From: an uncultured Pseudomonadales bacterium
GTDB lineage: Bacteria; Patescibacteriota; Microgenomatia; UBA1400; UBA12028
Length of the DNA: 64,000 nt
NCBI GenBank assembly: GCA_964635905.1
Contig: CAZWPK010000005.1
Span: forward strand, 4,695 to 68,694
Direction: 5' to 3'
How positions within the stretch are numbered: the stretch's first letter is position 1; each line of letters begins with the position of its first letter. This document shows, one piece after another, positions 57,537-64,000 of this stretch. Made by a program: the position numbers and the translations under genes. The notes below the pieces were generated by a model, which saw only the letters and a program-made list of their open reading frames with translations, ran no database searches and was not told the origin of the DNA.

Positions 57537-58769
57537 TCAACTGGACGGTGACAACACTGCTCGCAAATCCTTCTTGTACTCTTCAACATCTGGCTGATCA
57601 AAGGCATTGATCTCCATCAGAGTTCCTAAGATCATGACAGTGGTCATTTGAAATTGGAGAAACGCCCCGAGATTGTAAGCGTTTAGTTCTGGGAAATGCA
57701 CGCTTGCATACGGGATTTTTTTACGCGTATAGGTTGTTTTCACGGCTTGAAGAATTGTGTCTTTAATGGAGTTTAGACTCTTCCCTTCGATGCCCTTGAC
57801 TAACGTCACTCCCACATCAAAGGTTGGATAGTCTTGTGCGAATGTGACTGAGATGAAACTAGTCACCAAATTGATATTTCCGCCAAAATAATACTGCACA
57901 ACCGAATGCAACTCATTCGAGCCAATAGAGACAGTGGGTAGCATTCCCTTGCCTTCTTTTCCTAAGCTTTCCGCATATAACTGACGCAGCCACTTCCCCA
58001 CGCTTTCAAGTCGGGGTTCAAAGATGAAAAAGTCATGAACGTTTTTCCCTAGCTGCATCTGACTGTACAAAAAGCTTGCGTAGAGCGCTGCAGGACTACC
58101 TTGCGCGCAATCTGCTTCAAGCTGGGCTTTGGCACCTTGCAACAGCTGATGAACGGGAACGCCAGATAGAAGTAGTGGTAGTACGCCAACAGCAGACAGC
58201 ACACTAAAGCGACCACCTACTTGTAAAGGGATGGGTAAAAACGAATATCCTGATTGCGTAGCAAGTGTATGCGCTGGTGTATCTGGATCGGCAATGATTA
58301 CGATGGAGGAATTTAAGGGAGTGCCTAACCACTGCGTTAGAAGTCCGATGATGGTTGAAAAATTTACAATAGTCTCCGTGGTTGTACCTGACTTACTCAC
58401 ACACAGTAGAGCCACTTCATTCCACGAGGATAGTTGTACTGCGTGAAGCGATGCAATTATGTGGTTCATCGTCCAGGTGTCGCAGGTATCCAGGAAAAAA
58501 AGCGGAAGCGTGTCGTCTGGAATTGCTTCATAGATTGCCCGGGTTCCCAAACTGGAACCACCAATGCCGATCACCACTATTGCTTTAAGTTGATGCCCTA
58601 TCACTTCCCTTACCTGTTCTATTGCTTTTAGCATTGATTCGTCGCCAGACAAGCAAAGTGATGCTTCTTGCGCTGCGTAATTCTTCTGCGTATAAATAGA
58701 TTGTAACTTCTCAAGGTAAGCAACGGCTCGTGGATCTGGAGTTGAGAGTGGTATCGTTACATCAATCAT
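57537..58769 (-). CDS. pgi: Glucose-6-phosphate isomerase
   Basis: IGIGGSSLGTRA, SKSGTTTET, and a C-terminal catalytic region. Start at the internal Met MIDVTIPL. Confidence 0.85.
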   Translation of the reverse strand: MIDVTIPLSTPDPRAVAYLEKLQSIYTQKNYAAQEASLCLSGDESMLKAIEQVREVIGHQLKAIVVIGIGGSSLGTRAIYEAIPDDTLPLFFLDTCDTWTMNHIIASLHAVQLSSWNEVALLCVSKSGTTTETIVNFSTIIGLLTQWLGTPLNSSIVIIADPDTPAHTLATQSGYSFLPIPLQVGGRFSVLSAVGVLPLLLSGVPVHQLLQGAKAQLEADCAQGSPAALYASFLYSQMQLGKNVHDFFIFEPRLESVGKWLRQLYAESLGKEGKGMLPTVSIGSNELHSVVQYYFGGNINLVTSFISVTFAQDYPTFDVGVTLVKGIEGKSLNSIKDTILQAVKTTYTRKKIPYASVHFPELNAYNLGAFLQFQMTTVMILGTLMEINAFDQPDVEEYKKDLRAVLSPSS

Positions 58770-58912
58770 ACAAATCTCCCTGGTACTATCGCCCAGACTA
58801 AGCTGTTTGAGTATAAAAATCAAGTCGACAGTTGCGACAACTCAAATTGCTTTGTATGCTTACAAATGTAAGAGTATTGGGTCGTATTGAACCCAAGTAG
58901 AACACACGTACT

Positions 58913-60787
58913 ATGTCATCCGCTTTCCCAGCGACACAACTTCATGGCTTAGGAGCCATTGCACTTCCTGCGGAAGTGCTGATTTTCTTCAAACAAGAAG
59001 GGACACAGTCGCTTCTCCACACTGCATCAAGCAACAACGGCATTGAAATCCATACGCATAAGGACCATCCTGTGCTACTGGATGAAGCGGGCAAAGAAAT
59101 TCCTGCACAAGAGTTATTAGAGTTTCGCGTCTCATTTTCTGGGGCAACCTATCAACTTGTCTATAAACGTTTACATCTAGATTCCACCGAAATTTATCTA
59201 GCAACGTCGGACAATACAACCACTTTCAAGACGGTTGGCAAACTGAGCATCCCAGAGTTAGGAGTCATCGTTCCCAACTTTACTGTCAACAACAAACAAG
59301 TCATGTATTGGGGAGAGAAAGACATTTTCGTTGCCTATTCTAGTGATGGCCTAAACTGGGAGAGTGATGCAAGCCCTGTGCTATCGCAATTCCAAGATCA
59401 ATTCGGAGTCATGCCATTTCGAGTTGGAACGATCATTCCAACCCAAAATGGACTCCTCTTGATTTTCTACGCAGCCGGACGAGAGGGAAGTGGTACCCAT
59501 CATTCATTGCATGCGGCGTTTTTTGATCTAGAAAACCCCTCAAAATTGCTTCGACGCTCTGAAACCTTGTGGGAACAAACAGAAGAATGGAGTGGAACAA
59601 ATGTCACTCCCGTCGGCGTTGTTTATTTTGATAAACGATTAATCTCGTACTGGGATTTCCATGAAGAAGGTTTGTTTGCCATTGCCCATACCTCTCTAAA
59701 ACATCATACAGTTCTCTCTCCTGTTCGGGCCACCGATTTGCAACGCTTAACGCAAAACCCTCTGTTAACCCCCGTTTCAGCGCACTACTGGGAATCCAAA
59801 GCGGTCTTTAACCCGGCTGCGGTGGTGGAAGATGGAAAAGTACATCTGTTATACCGTGCTGTCGGTGACTCTGACATGTCGGTACTAGGATATGCATCGA
59901 GTGTCAACGGGGTCGACTTCGAGGAACGACTGGATGCACCTGCCTATATCCCTCGGGCAGATTTTGAAGGTGGATTTCATGTAAAGTCAAAACCATCCAC
60001 TGGCTACTACAGTCCGTATCAATCCGGCGGCGGAGGATATGGAGGATGTGAAGATCCACGACTTACCCGAATTGACGATCGATTCTATTTAACCTATGTC
60101 GCGTACGATGGTGGCAGTCCACCCCGGGTTGCCTTAAGTTCCATTTCCGTGGAAGATTTCTTAAACAAAGTATGGAAGTGGAAAGAACCCGTCTTGATTT
60201 CACCTCCAGGAGTCGTTGATAAGAATGCGGTGGTGTTCCCGGAAAAAGTAAATGGAAAATACGTCGTGTTGCATCGCATCTTCCCCAATATTTTAGTCGA
60301 CTTTGTCGATAATTTAGACGCTTTCGATGGATCCACATTCTTGAAGGGTGAATTTGCGATACGACCGTCTCGAACTGGATGGGATAACCGTAAGGTCGGT
60401 GCTGGTGCTCCGCCCATTAAAACCAAAGATGGATGGTTGCTTATTTATCATTCGGTTGGAGAAGCAGATCCTGGAAAGTATAAGATGGGTGCGATGCTTC
60501 TAGATTTGCAAGATCCGACAAAAGTACTCTATCGAACGGTAGCTCCAATTCTTGCTCCCGATGAGAGCGCTGAAAATGAGGGATGGAAATCTGGAGTTGC
60601 ATATCCCTGTGGCGCCGTGATATTAAATGATTTGCTCTATGTATACTATGGTGGAGCCGACACCGTCGTGTGCGCTGCCACTGCATCTATTAATGAGTTC
60701 CTCAAAGAACTTAAAACTACGGGGAAGGTGTCGTTAACTCCCCTAAGCGTTCATACCCGCCACCAGTTACATCCACAACAAACATAA
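58913..60787 (+). CDS. GH130-family (beta-mannoside phosphorylase/DUF377-like) protein: N-terminal degenerate beta-propeller-like domain plus C-terminal intact GH130 domain
   Basis: C-terminal half has FNPAA, GGCEDPRLTR and YYGGADT signatures. N-terminal half resembles GH130 (FFDLENPSKLL) but lacks EDPR. Confidence 0.7.
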   Translation: MSSAFPATQLHGLGAIALPAEVLIFFKQEGTQSLLHTASSNNGIEIHTHKDHPVLLDEAGKEIPAQELLEFRVSFSGATYQLVYKRLHLDSTEIYLATSDNTTTFKTVGKLSIPELGVIVPNFTVNNKQVMYWGEKDIFVAYSSDGLNWESDASPVLSQFQDQFGVMPFRVGTIIPTQNGLLLIFYAAGREGSGTHHSLHAAFFDLENPSKLLRRSETLWEQTEEWSGTNVTPVGVVYFDKRLISYWDFHEEGLFAIAHTSLKHHTVLSPVRATDLQRLTQNPLLTPVSAHYWESKAVFNPAAVVEDGKVHLLYRAVGDSDMSVLGYASSVNGVDFEERLDAPAYIPRADFEGGFHVKSKPSTGYYSPYQSGGGGYGGCEDPRLTRIDDRFYLTYVAYDGGSPPRVALSSISVEDFLNKVWKWKEPVLISPPGVVDKNAVVFPEKVNGKYVVLHRIFPNILVDFVDNLDAFDGSTFLKGEFAIRPSRTGWDNRKVGAGAPPIKTKDGWLLIYHSVGEADPGKYKMGAMLLDLQDPTKVLYRTVAPILAPDESAENEGWKSGVAYPCGAVILNDLLYVYYGGADTVVCAATASINEFLKELKTTGKVSLTPLSVHTRHQLHPQQT

Positions 60788-60801
60788 AGGAAAATCGTAC
60801 T

Positions 60802-62706
60802 ATGGTGACCGTGAAACGCTGTGAACAAAACCCACTGTTGCTTCCCGATCCCAAACAGGATTGGGAAAGTATTGCCGCATTTAATGGCTGTCCTGTCGTC
60901 CATGAGGGAACAACGCATCTACTCTATCGTGCGCTCTCGCTGACACGACAATCCAGCGTCGGCTATGCCTCCAGTACAGATGGAATTCATTTCTCCGCGC
61001 ACAGCCAAAAGATTGTTCCGGAGTTTGAATGGGAAAAATTCGGTTGCGAAGACCCGCGCGTCGTCTGCATCGATTCTACCTTTTATATCACCTACACCGC
61101 ACTCTCCACCTTTCCCTTTGGCCCAGAAGGGATCAAGTTAGCTCTAGCGAAGACAACGGATTTTGTAACGTTTGAAAAACACCCGATGACACCCTTCAAC
61201 GCGAAGGCTTCGGCGTTGTTTCCCGAAAAGATCAATGGAAAGTTCGCAATTATTTTAACTGCAAATACTGATCTTCCTCCGGCTCACATTGCAATCGCGA
61301 TGTTCGAACAGGAATCAGATCTTTGGAATCCTGAGGCATGGAGTCGTTGGTATGACGATCTCACCCAATACACACTGCCACTGCAACGTTCCCCAGATGA
61401 CCACATCGAGCTCGGTGCGCCACCCATTAAAACAGAGAAAGGCTGGCTCTTGTTTTATTCCTACATTCGTAATTATCGTTCGGACCATAAGATTTTTGGA
61501 ATTGAGGCGGTGTTACTGGATTTGGACAATCCCTATACCATTCTAGGACATACCCAAAACCCGCTCATGCTTCCAGAAGAGTCGTATGAAGTCCATGGCG
61601 ATGTACCCAATATTATTTTCCCTACCGGAGCAATCTTGTCGGGGGATACGATTCGAATCTACTACGGCGCTGCCGATACTTCTTGTGCAATGGCAGAACT
61701 CTCCGCTCAAGAGCTATTAGGTCAACTTCTCAAAGTCGGGACTACGCCGATTCACATTTCTACCACAAGAGTGGAAATGGAACGCGCACTGACCAATCCA
61801 ATTATTTCACCGCTATCGGAACATACCTGGGAAAACAAATTAACCTTTAATCCAGCCGCTATCTACGAGGGGGGAAAGGTCCATGTGCTGTATCGAGCCA
61901 TGGGTAGTGATGACACTTCCGTCGTTGGCTATGCCGCATCGACGAATGGAATTCACATTGAAACGCGCTTACCAGATCCCATCTATATTCCCAGAATCCA
62001 AGAAGAATCAAAGAAGAAACCTGGGAATTCTGGTTGTGAAGATGCACGACTAACGCGAATTGGCGATCGCATCTATATGATGTACACCGCCTATGATGGA
62101 GAGAGCACCACCAAAGTCGCACTCACTTGGATTACCGTGGATGACTTCTTGCGCCAGAGCTGGAACTGGTCACCTCCAATTTTGATCTCGGACCCCAGCA
62201 AAAACGATAAGGATGTCGTGTTGTTTCCAGAGAAGATTCGAGAGCGATACTACTTTATTCATCGGTTAGATCCGCACATGTGGATTGATAGCGTGGAAGA
62301 TTTAGAGTTTCACTCCAAGCCATTTTTTACCGGGACCATCATGATGAGCCCTCGTGCAGGGAAGTGGGACGATGTAAAAATCGGAGCGAGTTGCCCGCCT
62401 ATCAAAACCGAGAAAGGCTGGTTACTGATTTATCACGGCATTGAAAGTTCATCGAAGATGTATCGTCAGGGAGCAGTATTACTGGATTTGGAATATCCCG
62501 ATCATATTCTAGCCCGACTCGATGAACCAATATTGGAACCAAAAGAATGGTATGAGAACAATGGCCTACGACCTGGTACCGTATTCGTGTGTGGTGGCGT
62601 GATTGTTGGAGAATGCTTGCATCTTTATTACGGTGGAGCAGATCAATTCTGTGCAGTTGCAAGTATTCCACTTACGGAACTCTTAAACGCCTTCACGTTA
62701 TCGTAA
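60802..62706 (+). CDS. Tandem double-domain GH130-family protein (two complete GH130-like domains)
   Basis: Domain 1 has FGCEDPRVVC...YYGAADT. Domain 2 has FNPAA...GCEDARLTR...YYGGADQ. It is a paralogue of the preceding gene. Confidence 0.75.
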   Translation: MVTVKRCEQNPLLLPDPKQDWESIAAFNGCPVVHEGTTHLLYRALSLTRQSSVGYASSTDGIHFSAHSQKIVPEFEWEKFGCEDPRVVCIDSTFYITYTALSTFPFGPEGIKLALAKTTDFVTFEKHPMTPFNAKASALFPEKINGKFAIILTANTDLPPAHIAIAMFEQESDLWNPEAWSRWYDDLTQYTLPLQRSPDDHIELGAPPIKTEKGWLLFYSYIRNYRSDHKIFGIEAVLLDLDNPYTILGHTQNPLMLPEESYEVHGDVPNIIFPTGAILSGDTIRIYYGAADTSCAMAELSAQELLGQLLKVGTTPIHISTTRVEMERALTNPIISPLSEHTWENKLTFNPAAIYEGGKVHVLYRAMGSDDTSVVGYAASTNGIHIETRLPDPIYIPRIQEESKKKPGNSGCEDARLTRIGDRIYMMYTAYDGESTTKVALTWITVDDFLRQSWNWSPPILISDPSKNDKDVVLFPEKIRERYYFIHRLDPHMWIDSVEDLEFHSKPFFTGTIMMSPRAGKWDDVKIGASCPPIKTEKGWLLIYHGIESSSKMYRQGAVLLDLEYPDHILARLDEPILEPKEWYENNGLRPGTVFVCGGVIVGECLHLYYGGADQFCAVASIPLTELLNAFTLS

Positions 62707-62736
62707 ACCGTTCGGCATTCGGTAAATGAACGGTTT
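62705..62736 (+). terminator. Stem-loop after the GH130 pair (9-bp stem AAACCGTTC/GAACGGTTT, 14-nt loop), no U-tract
   Basis: Seen in the sequence immediately after the stop codon. Weak as an intrinsic terminator. Confidence 0.3.
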
Positions 62737-63027
62737 GAATTCGGATAGTCTTTCTTATGGCTACAATTATCTTTAGTTCATCTTCATAGTCGTTGAAGAC
62801 AATTGTTTTCCTGCCTACTCGGGATCTATCCAGGTTCACTTTCAGCAGCTCCCCTCTTTGTTATTCTATTGTGCGACATGGCAGTCAATTTCTGTGCGTG
62901 GATACGTTGCGGTCTTATTCACCATCTAAAGATAGAATGCTCGCTGTAAAATAGTATTCCGTAGGTAACTTCCCTATCAGGTTGAAACCCCACACTACTC
63001 TAACTTCCCTTTCAGCTCCTTTTAAGT

Positions 63028-63189
63028 TTAGTGCGTGAAGATAATCCACAGTGCATGTAGAATTCCTGGGACATATCCTAATAAAGTTAGGATAATGTTT
63101 AAAAAGAAGTGAAAGGTAAAGCCCACCTCTAAGAACACTGCTGCAGGGGGCAATACTACTGCGATGATAATTTTGATTAGATCTGGCAT
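63028..63189 (-). CDS. Pmp3/YqaE (UPF0057) family small membrane proteolipid
   Basis: MPDLIKIIIAVVLPPAAVFLEVGFTFHFFLNIILTLLGYVPGILHALWIIF is a canonical Pmp3 sequence. Start at the internal Met of track ORF 63028..63363. Confidence 0.75.
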   Translation of the reverse strand: MPDLIKIIIAVVLPPAAVFLEVGFTFHFFLNIILTLLGYVPGILHALWIIFTH

Positions 63190-63247
63190 ATCATTTAGTA
63201 TACGTTCTTTTCTGTACTCTCCTGTAAGTTGTGTGTAAGGATTCCTT

Positions 63248-64000
63248 ATGAAACGATTGCGCATCCTTCTATCCGTTGCGGTAGTGCTTGGTGGAGTTGT
63301 TCTCACTTCGCAAGTCGTTCGCTTTTTCCGAGGTACACCCGTTCCCAATCCCACTGACTCCATGAACTTGGAGCAACAGCTTGATCAGCCGCAAACGGTT
63401 ATTACCCCGCACGAATTAACCATTGATTTCCTTAAGTCACAACAAACTCCTGGAAGTGAGATCACCTTTCATTCGAAGCTCCCAGAGGGTCGAAATTACT
63501 CCCGACATGTTGTCTCGTATCAGTCACAAGGATTTCGAATCTACGGCCTAATGACGATTCCGAATGGAACGAAGCCTGAAGGTGGTTGGCCAGTCATTGT
63601 CTTCAATCATGGCTATATCGCACCAACGGCTTACAGAACCACCGAAAAGTATGTCGCTTATCAGGATGCCTTTGCACGAGCAGGATACATTACCCTAAAG
63701 TCCGATTATCGTGGACATGGGTCTTCGGAAGGTCCGGCAACTGGCGCGTATGGTTCACCCGGCTATACCATTGATGTTCTCAATGCGGTCGCTTCACTCA
63801 AAAATTATTCTGATGCGAATGCAGAAAAGATTGGGATGTGGGGACATTCGATGGGTGGGTACATTACGCTACGCTCTATGGTGGTGCGCGGTGATATCAA
63901 GGCGGGAGTTATTTGGGCGGGCGTTGTGGCTTCGTACCCCGATATGCTCACGAACTGGCGTCGACAGTCAGCTCCACCTCAACCCACACCAACAGGCATC
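63248..64000 (+). CDS. Alpha/beta-hydrolase (S9/dienelactone-hydrolase-like esterase/peptidase), N-terminal signal anchor; 3' end beyond the window
   Basis: ATG at 63248 with no stop through nt 64000. Nucleophile elbow GHSMGG. Absent from the ORF track because it is unterminated. Confidence 0.7.
   Translation, partial: MKRLRILLSVAVVLGGVVLTSQVVRFFRGTPVPNPTDSMNLEQQLDQPQTVITPHELTIDFLKSQQTPGSEITFHSKLPEGRNYSRHVVSYQSQGFRIYGLMTIPNGTKPEGGWPVIVFNHGYIAPTAYRTTEKYVAYQDAFARAGYITLKSDYRGHGSSEGPATGAYGSPGYTIDVLNAVASLKNYSDANAEKIGMWGHSMGGYITLRSMVVRGDIKAGVIWAGVVASYPDMLTNWRRQSAPPQPTPTGI

Noticed and set aside
1-64000. tRNA genes, CRISPR arrays, IS elements/transposases, integrases, phage genes
   Set aside because: I scanned intergenic regions for T-loop-like GGTTCGAATCC motifs, for regularly spaced direct repeats, and for transposase or integrase-like ORFs. 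None was seen, and all sizeable ORFs are accounted for by other families.
1-64000. Alternative genetic code (UGA recoding), as in some CPR lineages
   Set aside because: Conserved genes such as eno, uvrB, copA and cysS are full-length under the standard code with no in-frame TGA needed.

Overview
This is a gene-dense window of about 58 protein genes, mostly housekeeping, from a small-genome fermentative bacterium. It uses the standard genetic code and has compact gene packing with frequent start/stop overlaps. The gene content (ADP-forming acetyl-CoA synthetase plus 2-oxoacid:ferredoxin oxidoreductase, GH130 phosphorylases, PMT-type GT-C glycosyltransferases, no strong Shine-Dalgarno sequences) suggests a Patescibacteria/CPR-like or related Gram-positive-type lineage; that lineage call is inference. 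No CRISPR array, transposon, phage, tRNA or rRNA was found. One structured RNA that the ORF track mislabels as an ORF was recognised: RNase P RNA (rnpB) on the minus strand at ~46241-46580. Core genes identified include lon (3' end), pyrH, uvrD/pcrA, tpiA, rpmE, prfA, htrA, ctpA, rpsF-ssb-rpsR, nadE, ychF, aquaporin, hflX, cysS, hpf, recR, eno, gpmI, rmuC, lexA divergent from uvrB, miaA-miaB, a MacAB-like ABC efflux trio, pgi, and an alpha/beta hydrolase running off the 3' end. The accessory or unusual content is: (1) a copper-homeostasis operon containing an ArsR-family repressor fused to a YHS/TRASH metal-binding domain, CopA, a CcdA/DsbD-like membrane protein fused to a cupredoxin domain, and CopZ; (2) three consecutive GT-C/PMT-like membrane glycosyltransferases and, 45 kb away, two tandem paralogous double-domain GH130 phosphorylase-like genes; (3) a 3-phosphoglycerate-to-acetate energy module (eno, gpmI, ADP-forming acyl-CoA synthetase, korA, korB) preceded by a PEP-synthase-like protein lacking the phosphohistidine domain and interrupted by an unknown 99-aa ORF between korA and korB; (4) a CofE-like gamma-glutamyl ligase overlapping an MFS transporter, a divergent IMPDH-family protein, and a PspC plus ferric-reductase-like membrane pair; (5) a 516-bp non-coding stretch containing a start-less winged-helix gene remnant. 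None of these is a clear new defence or mobile system; they are reported as candidates with the stated uncertainty.
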